A stretch of 64,000 bases of DNA from IMG/VR virus record IMGVR_UViG_3300035099_000047, positions 96,001-160,000 of that record. The stretch is one strand, 5' to 3'. The DNA comes from a virus. Under the pieces are notes generated by a model. The model worked only from the letters and a program-made list of their open reading frames with translations, was not told where the DNA came from and ran no database searches. The translations under genes and the position numbers were made by a program. Position 1 is the stretch's first letter. Each line of letters begins with the position of its first letter. Positions 37,714 to 48,443 of the stretch are shown here, one piece after another.

Positions 37714-38667
37714 TCATTCCGCCTTATCCAAAGTATATCCTACCACAGCTTTAACCTTAGGATCAGCTATCAACCAAGGCAAATCCAACTTTTCCCAATG
37801 ATAGTATTCCCAAATAGACAACCCATTACTCCAACGCAACCTTTCACTATTCACCCAATCCCTGGTTTTAGCTACTAAGCACCCTCCTCGACCATCCGGT
37901 CTGAATAAACTAACACCCATTTTGAGAGGCAAAATGGATACCCTTATTCCTAAGTTCCTAACAAATGCCCGAAACTGAGGCTCTGGCCCCAATCGGTAAT
38001 CTTGTCCGCAGAAGGTTGCAGCCCCATCCGACGAAGTATCATAGCTTCCTATGAAATTCACAAAATGGGACACCTTTGCCATGACTTCTGGACGACCATA
38101 GAAAAAGTTATCCATGCCATACCAACATAGATCCCCATCCATCCAAGGAATCTTAGTATTCCAAAAGGTGTCCAACCTACCTCGTACCCAAACATCATAA
38201 GAACCCCACCGTTTCTCTGCTACAACAGCAGACAGAACCTCCAGCAAGAACCATTGATCCAAGTAGCGTCGGGCTGAAGGTTTCAATTGTTTTGCAACAG
38301 GGTCATACCACGCCACGGACTCCTTTGTAGGATTGAACCATCTAATTCGATTCTGGTAGTCTAATTCCAAAGCCCGAATTTTTTCATCATAACCGGGCAA
38401 GTGTTCAGTATACCCAAAATATACCAACCTACGTCCCAAGGTTCTGCGTATAAGTTCTTCATCCTCCGGAGTCACTTCGTATCGCAAATATGAATGAGGT
38501 CCAACATCCTTCACAAAAGCGTGCATATTATAGAAACTACCACCAATCACAAACACATCAGCATTAGTTTCCTTTATCAATTGCTCTACTAATGAAAACA
38601 TACCTATCCGAAAGGCTTGAAAATTACCAGGCAGCATCACTGCCCATCTTTGACTGCTCAACATCAT
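37714..38667 (-). CDS. Glycosyltransferase-like hypothetical protein
   Basis: AVMLPGNF...YDVWVRGRLD...DNFFYG...PE; lies in the glycan block. Confidence 0.55.
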   Translation of the reverse strand: MMLSSQRWAVMLPGNFQAFRIGMFSLVEQLIKETNADVFVIGGSFYNMHAFVKDVGPHSYLRYEVTPEDEELIRRTLGRRLVYFGYTEHLPGYDEKIRALELDYQNRIRWFNPTKESVAWYDPVAKQLKPSARRYLDQWFLLEVLSAVVAEKRWGSYDVWVRGRLDTFWNTKIPWMDGDLCWYGMDNFFYGRPEVMAKVSHFVNFIGSYDTSSDGAATFCGQDYRLGPEPQFRAFVRNLGIRVSILPLKMGVSLFRPDGRGGCLVAKTRDWVNSERLRWSNGLSIWEYYHWEKLDLPWLIADPKVKAVVGYTLDKAE

Positions 38668-40327
38668 AAAATCTCCTCAATTCGGCTGCCCTTCCATTGT
38701 CTAACCATTTAGCTAAATCCTGCCTGAAACGGTACACAGTACCCTCCTCCTCCTGTCTCAAGCCACATACTGCCGTATCCATCTCCATGATGTTTCTCGC
38801 CTCAAATAAACATTCCCAAGTGATAGGGTCCAAATACCGAGTTCCCTCCCAGTCCCGGCGATGAGCCAAAAACCACTCCTTAATAGCTGGCTTCCAACTA
38901 CCCCATAATTGGTCATGTCTCAAATGCAAGCTTTTATGTACTTCCAATGGTAATCGTATGCAATTCGGAGCCAACCCTCGATGGTTTAATTCATTCCAAG
39001 CAGCTCCCAGCAAGTCATACACATCTTGGAAAGCCTGCCTTTTTGCTAAATCCAAAAAATGGATAGCTTCCAACCATCTTTTGCTCACAAAAAACTGATC
39101 TTCTTCCCACACAACGCTGTTATAATCAGGTTCTCGACCAAACCACACCCAATGAGACGTAGGTATGTTTTCCCCGGCTTCAGCTATGGCTTCCCAATTT
39201 TTAGAACCTAACACCTCTTCAAAGGCTGTAGAAGTTCCAAAATCGGAACGCACAGCTCTCCAATTCTTAACATTTTTACCAAATCTGCGCAAGTTGCCTA
39301 ATGCAATCCACGGTCGCTTCATTCTCAAGAATTCCACGGTTTTCTTCAACCGATTTTTACACCAGAAGAACTCAGTATGTTCCACACTAAGATATTGACC
39401 TTTCAACAACCCCCACACCCGTCTCAAAGAATCACATACATCCCAAATCGGGTATCCGGCCACTACTTCATGCCTAGCATTAACAAAATCTATAGGAAAC
39501 GGTTGCTGGCTAACCAGCTTCATAGCTCCCTGAGCATCTGGTCGCTGGGACACTACTATCAACTGGGTTCTGGACAAACCACCAGAATTCAATTCTCTCA
39601 TGCTTGCCAGATAGTATTCCAGGTATTTCAAAGGCTTTTCAGAATCATCCACAACCACGATAGACAACAGAGGAGCTTTGCTTTCAACCGGCGTAATGAC
39701 CATTGGCGGAGAGCAGACCGGTTCATTGAACAATTCTTGCTTAGTTACAACACAATCAGAATGAACCTTGTTCCCACAATTGTTGTAGCAAACCCATTTC
39801 AAGGGCACCCCCAACCTTTCTAATTGTTTTTTGAACACCAAGCTCCGATTAGGGCTAACCAAACTAGGTATGCAACCAGTTAGAACCTTGGAATCAGTGT
39901 GTACCACAACCTCTCGGATCCGACTATTTGGCACCAAACCAATCACCCTTTCCAAAGACCACACGGAGGTACACTTAACCCCTTGGGACAACAACATATC
40001 CCGGTGCCAACAAGCTCCGCAGAAGAAATTTTCGCCCCACTCGCTGTCGGCGGTAATGATTACTTCAGCGAGACTCAACTGATGCAACATTCCTTTGACG
40101 TCTTCACACTTCAATGGCCCCAAGCCTTTGTTTACCATCAATTGATAGTATTCTGAAAAAGGAGTGAGATAAACATCAAAACCAGACAGCTCCTGGCCAT
40201 CCAACAATTTATCCACCACACAAACTCTTAACCCAAGCCCCAATTTTTGCAAAGCGGCTGGGCCTTGGCTTGTATAAACCACGTTCAAGGGCAGCGATCC
40301 CTGCTTATTGGATCCGACTCTGAGCAT
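38624..40327 (-). CDS. Two-domain glycosyltransferase-like protein
   Basis: PLLSIVVVD...YLASM GT-A-like start of the second domain; gene context. Confidence 0.5.
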   Translation of the reverse strand: MLRVGSNKQGSLPLNVVYTSQGPAALQKLGLGLRVCVVDKLLDGQELSGFDVYLTPFSEYYQLMVNKGLGPLKCEDVKGMLHQLSLAEVIITADSEWGENFFCGACWHRDMLLSQGVKCTSVWSLERVIGLVPNSRIREVVVHTDSKVLTGCIPSLVSPNRSLVFKKQLERLGVPLKWVCYNNCGNKVHSDCVVTKQELFNEPVCSPPMVITPVESKAPLLSIVVVDDSEKPLKYLEYYLASMRELNSGGLSRTQLIVVSQRPDAQGAMKLVSQQPFPIDFVNARHEVVAGYPIWDVCDSLRRVWGLLKGQYLSVEHTEFFWCKNRLKKTVEFLRMKRPWIALGNLRRFGKNVKNWRAVRSDFGTSTAFEEVLGSKNWEAIAEAGENIPTSHWVWFGREPDYNSVVWEEDQFFVSKRWLEAIHFLDLAKRQAFQDVYDLLGAAWNELNHRGLAPNCIRLPLEVHKSLHLRHDQLWGSWKPAIKEWFLAHRRDWEGTRYLDPITWECLFEARNIMEMDTAVCGLRQEEEGTVYRFRQDLAKWLDNGRAAELRRFYDVEQSKMGSDAAW

Positions 40328-41009
40328 TCCTAAACCCTTGACCTCTCAAGTGCTGCATAGCCCGTGTATAGATCTGGTGGACCCGTTGACTACTCACCCC
40401 CATACTCTCACCAATGTCTTGATACGTCTCCCCGTTTAGATGATGCTCTATGACCTCCCATTCCCGCTTGGTGAGCATTACACTACGCCTTTTGATTGCC
40501 TGAAGCTCGTCTGAAACCTCTAGTAAATCATGTTCACTTTCACTAGAAGGGTTCACCAAATCATCCAAGCTGCCTACTTGCAAAGCAGCGGATACATAAC
40601 GAGCACGACCATTAGCCTTGCCCTGGATATACTGGCACATGGTACCACGAGGTACCCGAATCAAATGATCGTTACTCAAAAAGTTCAGCACACAGCGATC
40701 AATCCAATAACTAACATAGGTGATGAATTTGCACCCTTTCGATGAATCGTACTTTTTAACCGCAGTGCAGAACCCGAAAAAGCTCTCATTTATACATTCA
40801 GCCAACTTGCCATCCCCCGGGCGCAATAACCGGCGGCAACATCGGACCACCCAAGGCAAATGATTCAAGAACAATGCATTCATGGCCTCTGTAGAACCCT
40901 GTTGGGCCAACCAAATGTGCTCCGCTTCCTCCCCGGAATTCATACGGGGTCGCCTACCCAAGTCGGACAGCATCTGAGATACCAAATCCAAACCACTTCG
41001 CCGTACCAT
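40305..41009 (-). CDS. RNA polymerase sigma-70 family factor
   Basis: Region 2 NHLPWVV...AVKKYDSSKGCKFITYVSYWI...IRVP; region 4 LTKRE...TYQDIGESMGVSSQRVHQI. Confidence 0.93.
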   Translation of the reverse strand: MVRRSGLDLVSQMLSDLGRRPRMNSGEEAEHIWLAQQGSTEAMNALFLNHLPWVVRCCRRLLRPGDGKLAECINESFFGFCTAVKKYDSSKGCKFITYVSYWIDRCVLNFLSNDHLIRVPRGTMCQYIQGKANGRARYVSAALQVGSLDDLVNPSSESEHDLLEVSDELQAIKRRSVMLTKREWEVIEHHLNGETYQDIGESMGVSSQRVHQIYTRAMQHLRGQGFRNAQSRIQ

Positions 41010-41063
41010 GACGTTTAATCCACCTAGTTTGTTGTCTAGCCAACGGGGAGGGGACAATTGGAC

Positions 41064-41741
41064 TTATCCCCCTATAGGCCACTCGAACATTATTCTACCA
41101 ATGTCAACAGTTTGAGGAACAGTCCAGCCGTTCAATACGAACTTCAAATGCATGTGATACACAACATTCGGGTTCGACACTTTTTGCTTAGATACCCCAT
41201 CGGAATCCAACACACAATGAGCCGTTAGGTTAGGGCATTGACCTACTATGTCATAATTCTGAATGAACCTCATACCCGGACGGAACAATCGAGGATGGGG
41301 GTCCATCAATTTCAATACGGGGTGTAAAGGCACCACCGCATAAGACGATGGACTGACCATAGGATAACAAGCCAACCAAACCAGGTCATCATGACATTTC
41401 AACAATTCTTGAGTGTCTTCCGAATACAACTCGTCAGCGTCGCATTGTAACAACCATTCTGGGTGATATTGTTCTGCCAAATGAATGCAACAGTTGCGGG
41501 CTGCTATTTCGTTGAAACCCCCGATTTGAGGGGGATGATCAAAATCCCAACCAAAATCCCCCCAGTATTCTATAACCTTGTCCGAATCAACACTTAACTT
41601 AGGATCCTGCTTTTCGGTATGCAACACTACAATATGGTCTACCCAATCATACCTAGACATAAACCTCATTGAGTAGTTTGTTATCTGGGTATCACGAGCG
41701 GTGACGCACCACACTACCAACTTGGTCATACCGGTAGCCAA
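41064..41741 (-). CDS. Glycosyltransferase family 2-like
   Basis: AARNCCI...WLLQCDADE...PRLFR. Confidence 0.8.
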   Translation of the reverse strand: MATGMTKLVVWCVTARDTQITNYSMRFMSRYDWVDHIVVLHTEKQDPKLSVDSDKVIEYWGDFGWDFDHPPQIGGFNEIAARNCCIHLAEQYHPEWLLQCDADELYSEDTQELLKCHDDLVWLACYPMVSPSSYAVVPLHPVLKLMDPHPRLFRPGMRFIQNYDIVGQCPNLTAHCVLDSDGVSKQKVSNPNVVYHMHLKFVLNGWTVPQTVDIGRIMFEWPIGG

Positions 41742-42432
41742 ACCTTTTCCTGAGAGTCATCAAATCATTCAAGGTTCGGGCCCTTTGACTAACCACTACA
41801 GGATCCAACTCCCAACCCCCAATCTTAGAGGAACAGCGGCCACACCAATTGCCGCTAATGGATCCCAAGTGAAGCACTTCAAAGGGCAACCTAATCTTGT
41901 GATCCGCAGGCCATTTGTTTTGAAATTCCGTATCACATCCACTGGCATTATTCCAACCCGTTGGGTACCAAGGTCTTTGTTTCAACACCGGGTCATCTGT
42001 GTGAAACAATTGAAAATACCCAGCGAACTCACAATCCCCAATCATGGGATACCGAGTCCAATCATCCTTGATGGTCCAAACTCGCGGGTCCTTTACCAGT
42101 CTCCTGTGGGGGGAATACAAATAGCCAGGCTCGACTTCTAGTTTCATTTCTTTAGGCATGAGAATATCTGCATCCCACAACAAAATCCATCCGCAATTGC
42201 CCAGTACCCTAAGAGCGAGTTCAATGGCTGCTCCCTTGTTAAAATAAGCCCCATTGCGATAGAATGCATCTGTTGTAAAAAGTCGGGCGTTGTCATACCG
42301 CTCGGCCACGGCTCTAGTACCCACATCCCCAGGAGAACTCACCACCAAAACTTGCTCAAAATGATGATGATTGTACCATAAGGTCAAGGCTAACAAATCC
42401 TCAAACTCTACGCTCACCACAACACCATTCAC
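41692..42432 (-). CDS. Glycosyltransferase, GT-A fold
   Basis: FNKGAAI...WILLWDADI...GYFQLF. Confidence 0.8.
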   Translation of the reverse strand: MNGVVVSVEFEDLLALTLWYNHHHFEQVLVVSSPGDVGTRAVAERYDNARLFTTDAFYRNGAYFNKGAAIELALRVLGNCGWILLWDADILMPKEMKLEVEPGYLYSPHRRLVKDPRVWTIKDDWTRYPMIGDCEFAGYFQLFHTDDPVLKQRPWYPTGWNNASGCDTEFQNKWPADHKIRLPFEVLHLGSISGNWCGRCSSKIGGWELDPVVVSQRARTLNDLMTLRKRFGYRYDQVGSVVRHRS

Positions 42433-42435
42433 TGT

Positions 42436-43242
42436 CTAGCTCCTTCCAAACAGCTGCTGATGCAACACTTTGGCTAAAGCCGTTTTTTCTCCCGGAGAAC
42501 GGTTGTAATTACCTTCATTCATATCAATGCCTACATAATGTTCGTATTCCAACCCCGGAACGATACTTAGGTAGTTACCAGCTTTGAGCCACTCCATATT
42601 AAATATGAGGCTATCACAAGCATCCCACACCATACGCCACTTATGAGTAACCCGTTGTGCTTCCGGAGTGTTAAGATAATTGGGCATCATAAGGTCAAAT
42701 CTCTTTGCTCGGTATTTACCAAACACTCGCATAAATGATTCACGACTAACTACTTGGTTGCCCGTGTTAATAAAACACCGAGAAGCAGGATGGGTACGAA
42801 TTCGTTTGATGGATCCCCAATCGTATGTACCCACAATGCCTCGGTAATCAAAATGGGGCTTAGCGAAACAAGGACAATACCATATCTTAGGATCCTTATG
42901 AATTCCCACCACACGATCTATGTACTCTCTACTCATGAAGTTATCAGAATCACAAGTAATGACCCATTCCCCCCTAGCCCTGGCTATGGCCTCCAACTTG
43001 TTGCCAAATACCCCGCGATTGGTTTCGTTGCGGTACAACCGGATCTTGGGCAAACGGTCCAACTGAAGACCCATAGCTATGAACAATCTTGGGGCACTAC
43101 AATCATCCACTACAACAATCTCACTGATTGCTGAATGGCTCACTGGAGTGCTCAAACATTTCATCAATCGTTCTCCGTAGCCTCGCCTCGGACTCATGTC
43201 CTCGAAAGTTGTCACGGCAAACGAAAGGTCCATCAATTTCAC
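42436..43242 (-). CDS. Glycosyltransferase family 2-like
   Basis: EIVVVDDCS...NRGVFGNK...ARGEWVITCDSDN. Confidence 0.88.
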   Translation of the reverse strand: MKLMDLSFAVTTFEDMSPRRGYGERLMKCLSTPVSHSAISEIVVVDDCSAPRLFIAMGLQLDRLPKIRLYRNETNRGVFGNKLEAIARARGEWVITCDSDNFMSREYIDRVVGIHKDPKIWYCPCFAKPHFDYRGIVGTYDWGSIKRIRTHPASRCFINTGNQVVSRESFMRVFGKYRAKRFDLMMPNYLNTPEAQRVTHKWRMVWDACDSLIFNMEWLKAGNYLSIVPGLEYEHYVGIDMNEGNYNRSPGEKTALAKVLHQQLFGRS

Positions 43243-43296
43243 TTACCCACTTTTGAATAGATGTTTCACAATTTAACATTACTCTAATAGAAGTCA

Positions 43297-43943
43297 TTAC
43301 CACCTCCAAAAAGGCCAACCTTCTCGACCCACGTAAGGAACCTGCCTTTTCCTCAAAAATATAATACCATCACTCCAGTTTCCCCCCACCAAATGCACTT
43401 CCTGAATAGAATCCCCCCTACCAATATGTCTGTAGTACGCTCGCGAATTACATCCAACACAGTCTTCTCACCCTTGGCAGTCCAGCACTGATCAAACAAC
43501 GATTGACAGTCTTCAATAACGTACCACAACTTAGTGTGTTGCCACAGTATATTAAATGTGGCTAAATGATCTGCTGCATGATGGCTACCATCATCTATAA
43601 CTATATCAAAACAACCTACTTGTTCAACTATTTTGGACAACAACGCTCCGTCGCTTTGATCTCCACAAAAAGTCTTGATGCGATTTTCCTCAAACATAGT
43701 AGAAGGATTGATATCCAAACCATAAATTTCACCATCATGAAAATAATCCCTCCACATACGCAACGAAGCTCCATCCATTACCCCTATTTCAAACAATCGA
43801 ATGAACGTACCCCTCAGTGCATCAAAACGTTCTGCATAACGTGGCAAATATCCATGTTCTAACTTATCCGCTCCATACCTACGGCCCAAGCTTTCCAACA
43901 GAGATTCTGCAATTGGCTGGATCATGAATTGTCCATATACCAT
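43297..43943 (-). CDS. Class I SAM-dependent (sugar O-)methyltransferase; probable frameshift in a G6 run at 43413-43418
   Basis: GADK...LFEIGV..GASLRMW...GDQSD...IDDGSH...YVIED; the -1 frame continues DSIQEVHLVGGNWSDGIIFLRKR to a stop at 43297. Confidence 0.85.
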
Positions 43944-44839
43944 TGAATGGTACGTTTCAATCCGTCCCGAAGCGGAGTAACTGACACTTCGTTTCCCACC
44001 CAGGCCAGCAGTTTATCCAAACACAACACCTGTTCCGGTATCTCCTTGAACGTGGCCGGGCGGGCAACCACTTCCCATTCACTACTTTTGCCCATCAATT
44101 CACAAATTACTCCAATCAACTGACCCACCCGCATGGATTCCCCCGAGCCAATATTGAAACTTTCTCCCCAAGGTTGCTTGGCCATCAAGGCAATAACATA
44201 ATTCACCGCGTCAACCACATAGATGTACTCTCTCAAAAACAGCTCAGCACCACACACAATCTGAGGTTTCTCCCCCCGATTCAAACGAGTAATGGTATTG
44301 GGTATCAGTCGGCTAAATTGCCTATCTCCTGGCCCATAAATGTTGGCTGAGCGAACACCAAACACAGGCACTCCATAGTTTTGGTAAAACCCCTGAATCA
44401 CTTGACGCACACACGCTTTGCTAGCTTCATACACACTACCCGGTGACAATGTCTGGGTTTCCGTGTAGGGTAGTACCCCCGCTCCATAAGCCTTGTCACT
44501 CTCCATGCACATCACGCCTTTCACCCGTTCTGATTGACGTGTAGCTTCCAACACACAAACCGTGCCCATCACATTAGTATTAAAACACCCAATGGGGTCC
44601 ACCCGGCAATTACGCACAATGGCCTTGGCAGCACAATGGTATACTTGGTCGATTTCCAAGTCCACTATTAAGGCGAACATGCGGGCATAGTCCGTAACAT
44701 CCCCCCGTACCGGAGTCCAATCCACGTTGCCCATCAACCGCCGATCATGAACCAACCCATACACAGAATTGCCGTGGGTTAAACGGTCTGCCAAGTGGGA
44801 CCCCAAAAATCCACTAGCCCCTGTCACCAAAATGTTCAT
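43922..44839 (-). CDS. NAD-dependent nucleotide-sugar epimerase/dehydratase
   Basis: VTGASGFLGS, ESDKAYG, YEASK, NIYGPGD. Confidence 0.95.
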   Translation of the reverse strand: MNILVTGASGFLGSHLADRLTHGNSVYGLVHDRRLMGNVDWTPVRGDVTDYARMFALIVDLEIDQVYHCAAKAIVRNCRVDPIGCFNTNVMGTVCVLEATRQSERVKGVMCMESDKAYGAGVLPYTETQTLSPGSVYEASKACVRQVIQGFYQNYGVPVFGVRSANIYGPGDRQFSRLIPNTITRLNRGEKPQIVCGAELFLREYIYVVDAVNYVIALMAKQPWGESFNIGSGESMRVGQLIGVICELMGKSSEWEVVARPATFKEIPEQVLCLDKLLAWVGNEVSVTPLRDGLKRTIQWYMDNS

Positions 44840-45606
44840 AATCGGCCTTCAGCCCAATTGTACTTATCATAATCAAAATCTTCCAATCTACGGCACCAAA
44901 CATAAGGTCCCAAGCTCTTCAAGAAATGGCTGAACACAGTAATCTGACGTTTACCATGCTCCCCCACAGCAATGTCACTAGGGCCATCAATCTGAAACAC
45001 CATACCCGGCGTGAAACTAAAACATTGCAAAGAAGGCTGATACTGTATCATTATGTGATCACTACCACGGGCTTCAGCCATGTGGTCCCTGAGTATGTTC
45101 ACAATTTTGGGGGCGCTGTCGCTGTTAACCAAGTAGCCTTGATTGCTAAACGCTCCATACACCCGATGGATGTACTTGATACCAGTCAACTCAAAATCCT
45201 TACCCAAATCATCCTTGTGCCAAACGGGGGGATTGACGTGATAAGTAGCCCCCAAATAGAACACATCCCATTCACGATCAAAACGCTGTTGAATGTACTG
45301 TAACCGCTGCCAAAAGTCATCACACAACAAAGCATCATCTTCTAGCACCCCAATGACCTTGCCACCCACAGCCTTGCTCACTACTTCCATGTGACTCATA
45401 TAGTTGCCTATAGTACCAGGCGTATGCATCATATTAGCTATTAGTTCTTTGGGACCCTTGTAATCAACAAACGTATAAGCGTTGAACCGTTGAGCTGTAA
45501 TGCCTGCTTTGCCCAGCTCTGCTCGAATATGATCCAGGCGGTCTTTGCGATCAGCCCTGTTAATGAACCACCACTCGATGTCTCGCCAACGCAATCCCTT
45601 CATCAT
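44836..45606 (-). CDS. Glycosyltransferase family 25
   Basis: INRADRKDR...RFNA...GNYMSH...VLEDD. Confidence 0.88.
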   Translation of the reverse strand: MMKGLRWRDIEWWFINRADRKDRLDHIRAELGKAGITAQRFNAYTFVDYKGPKELIANMMHTPGTIGNYMSHMEVVSKAVGGKVIGVLEDDALLCDDFWQRLQYIQQRFDREWDVFYLGATYHVNPPVWHKDDLGKDFELTGIKYIHRVYGAFSNQGYLVNSDSAPKIVNILRDHMAEARGSDHIMIQYQPSLQCFSFTPGMVFQIDGPSDIAVGEHGKRQITVFSHFLKSLGPYVWCRRLEDFDYDKYNWAEGRL

Positions 45607-46271
45607 TACCCCGTTCGTTGGAACAATGCGTTCATTCCACCATAGGTAGCTACCAACTGAAATCCAGGCAATGCTTCTTTGATCTGTTCCAAACTGGGTT
45701 GACCTTCGTACTGAGGCTCATTGTAGTATTCAGTATACAAGTACCTGGTGATACCCAACGCTTCAGAAGCCCCCTTGATGAATTTCATTTCGGCACCTTG
45801 AAGGTCAGCCCAAATGAAATCAATGCGATCTCCCACCAAGCCATGTATACGGGCACCTTTCAACCAAGTATCTAAACGCACTGCTGACACCTGCATTCCA
45901 CCAGCAAAGGTGATCTCTGGTGATCTTTTCAAATGACCGGTGGGTCGGCATATGCTACCACTTTTGTTCCATTCTCCTGGCCCACTGCAATCTGGTATTC
46001 CTCCACTGCTCCACCAATTCGCCCAACCATCCTTGTCCGATATGGCATCTCCAAACAATCGGACTTGAGGGCTGTTAACCCGTTCCTTGAACAACAATTG
46101 AGCTCTGGCATCGGGTTCAAAACAAAACAATTGAACATTGGGGATAGCCGCTAGAAATTTGAGAGTGTCCGAGCCGTCATTGCATCCCAACTCCAACATG
46201 ACGGGGCATTCCACTCCAGATAGCAAATCCATGATTTCTTCAGCACCCAACTCATGGGGGTAAACCTTCAT
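45606..46271 (-). CDS. FkbM-family methyltransferase
   Basis: LELGCNDG...CFEPD...RLDTW...IDFIWADLQGAE. Confidence 0.92.
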   Translation of the reverse strand: MKVYPHELGAEEIMDLLSGVECPVMLELGCNDGSDTLKFLAAIPNVQLFCFEPDARAQLLFKERVNSPQVRLFGDAISDKDGWANWWSSGGIPDCSGPGEWNKSGSICRPTGHLKRSPEITFAGGMQVSAVRLDTWLKGARIHGLVGDRIDFIWADLQGAEMKFIKGASEALGITRYLYTEYYNEPQYEGQPSLEQIKEALPGFQLVATYGGMNALFQRTG

Positions 46272-46918
46272 GCTCGACTGCCCCCTTCATGCTCCAAATC
46301 CCAGAACTGATTACAAGTTAGATTCCTAACAGGGCTGTTTACCACTCGGCAACAAAAATCATCAAATTGCCGCCAAATCCCTTGTTCTTCCAATTCACTG
46401 CTGTGACCCCAAACATGAAACAGCCGATGCTTGGGATATCTCAGGAATTCCTCGAATCGGGAATTCCCAAATTGAACATGACAAGTAGGCCTCCACAAAT
46501 GCCAATCCCTGACGCTGTTATAATTCCCATTGTTTGTACTAGTACCTCGGGCATAGGCGAACTCCGATTTCACTACCAACAGCATAACAGCATCCCATTC
46601 ACCGTGGGGGTAGCTAAATCCCCTCACACTTTTACCACATAACTTTTCCAACACCATCCGGTCATTGACCACTTCCCACCTAATTTCCTCTGCATTCCAT
46701 CCCTTCATATGATAGTGATGGGTCGAATGAGAAGCCACCTCATGTTGATCATATAGTTCAGCTATCTCGTTTGGATCAACGTGAGTCCCTCCACCTAAGA
46801 CACCACTATTAAGAAAGAACGTGGCCCTCAATCCGTAGAAGTCCAGAATCTTCACCAGCTTACGATCGTAAACTGTACCATCATCGAAACTCATCACCAC
46901 AATCTTCCCCGACCCCAT
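46268..46918 (-). CDS. Polysaccharide deacetylase (CE4)
   Basis: SFDDG...ATFF...HEVASHSTHH...FSYPHG. Confidence 0.92.
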   Translation of the reverse strand: MGSGKIVVMSFDDGTVYDRKLVKILDFYGLRATFFLNSGVLGGGTHVDPNEIAELYDQHEVASHSTHHYHMKGWNAEEIRWEVVNDRMVLEKLCGKSVRGFSYPHGEWDAVMLLVVKSEFAYARGTSTNNGNYNSVRDWHLWRPTCHVQFGNSRFEEFLRYPKHRLFHVWGHSSELEEQGIWRQFDDFCCRVVNSPVRNLTCNQFWDLEHEGGSRA

Positions 46919-46922
46919 AATC

Positions 46923-47846
46923 CTACCACCAAGGATTGGTGTGGCATTTTATACCAGCCACATCCGGGTAATCTTCCACAAGAAAATGAGTGATTGGTGT
47001 CGTATCCCAAACATCTTCTTGAATGAAACTTTGAGTAGGCAAGTGGCTGCGCCAGAACTCCTTAAGATTGGGGTTCATCATAGCGGCTGTGAAACTGAAC
47101 GTGCTCGTGGGAGTGACCAATACATCGCACTTGCTCAACAAATACCAGTCTGGGAAGAAGTCCATTTGGTGGGGCTCCCCCCGACGATAGTCATAATTCA
47201 AATAGGCATAACCCTTCAATGGACGGGACTTCAAATCAACGCCTAAAAACTCTGGTGTAGTAGGATGATACCTCCGAAACTCCCAAAACAGCCGTCGATC
47301 CTCTGCGGCTATAAACAACACAGGGTCCTCAAACCTATTCCAATGTTGTTCCAACCAACCTAAATACCAACTGATCGGTGTAATATAGAACATACCACGG
47401 CCAAAGTCTCCACGGCGTATATGCAACCCTATGTGAATCCTACCTGACTCGGTAAGACCTTGCTCAGCATTGTTCAATCGCTCAGCCACCGGGGCCACTG
47501 GATGGAACAGCTGGCGGATATAGGCTTGATGAGGCCGGTAGTAGCTGGTGCGATACTGAGCATAACCCAAGAAGTCCTTGCCACACAACTCCGAACCGGT
47601 CGGGGGTATCGCTGGAGAAGTCAACCGACCGCGTTCATACTTCTCAACATACGGAGGCAAGGCTCGACCGTGAGGAGGACGCTCCCGGGTACCAAACAAT
47701 TTGCAGCCTACCCAGTAGGGCAGCCTCAATTCCTGATCATATTCACGGGCGTAAATACGCAAAAAAGCGTACTCAATCAACTGATTGCCAAATCGTCCCC
47801 ATTGGCCAAGTTGGGTCATAGAAATCACTGCCAATCTCCAACCCAA
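46923..47846 (-). CDS. Alpha-1,2-fucosyltransferase-like (GT11)
   Basis: GRFGNQL...LHIRRGD...STFSF. Confidence 0.88.
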   Translation of the reverse strand: MGWRLAVISMTQLGQWGRFGNQLIEYAFLRIYAREYDQELRLPYWVGCKLFGTRERPPHGRALPPYVEKYERGRLTSPAIPPTGSELCGKDFLGYAQYRTSYYRPHQAYIRQLFHPVAPVAERLNNAEQGLTESGRIHIGLHIRRGDFGRGMFYITPISWYLGWLEQHWNRFEDPVLFIAAEDRRLFWEFRRYHPTTPEFLGVDLKSRPLKGYAYLNYDYRRGEPHQMDFFPDWYLLSKCDVLVTPTSTFSFTAAMMNPNLKEFWRSHLPTQSFIQEDVWDTTPITHFLVEDYPDVAGIKCHTNPWW

Positions 47847-47855
47847 CCCCGCACA

Positions 47856-48428
47856 TCAGTCAGGCATGGCCTTGAACAACCCATAGAACTTGTTGATCTG
47901 TTCTTGGGTCAAGCGGCCCATCCCACGGCACAAATCTTCCCATTCAGGGGAGCCTGCTGCGTCGAGGGAATCCTCTAGTTGTTTGAACGCTTCAGAGAAC
48001 TGCTGGCGGTTAGCCTCATTGGCGTACTTGCGCACCACGGTGCTAATCATCAAAGGGATGCTAGCAGCTGAGGTGCTGCAATCCTCCCGTTGAGTCTTGT
48101 GATCCTCAGCAATATACCGGCCGGTGGTGTCCCAGTAAACTACTCGCCTCACACCTGACAACCCGAGCAACCGCTCAGTCAGTTTACTGTTCACCACCGG
48201 CCTAGACCCCGACGCTACGATACCGTTGTGCACTATACCCCACCCTTCAGCTAGATTGATGCGCAATTCCAAACCGCCCTGGTAAGGGCTAACCACTACG
48301 CAGTCAGCTTGGATCCCACATTCCCCTAAAATGCGGTGAGCTTCGGGTACCAATCTAACGGACGAATCGCCCAGGGTTTCTTCGGCCTTGCCAAACATTT
48401 CTGACAGTTGGTATTGGAGAGATTTCAT
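47856..48428 (-). CDS. Hypothetical protein
   Basis: 190 aa; N-terminus MKSLQYQLSE resembles the short T4-type capsid-targeting peptide. Confidence 0.6.
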   Translation of the reverse strand: MKSLQYQLSEMFGKAEETLGDSSVRLVPEAHRILGECGIQADCVVVSPYQGGLELRINLAEGWGIVHNGIVASGSRPVVNSKLTERLLGLSGVRRVVYWDTTGRYIAEDHKTQREDCSTSAASIPLMISTVVRKYANEANRQQFSEAFKQLEDSLDAAGSPEWEDLCRGMGRLTQEQINKFYGLFKAMPD

Positions 48429-48443
48429 TTTGTTGGTTTCCTA

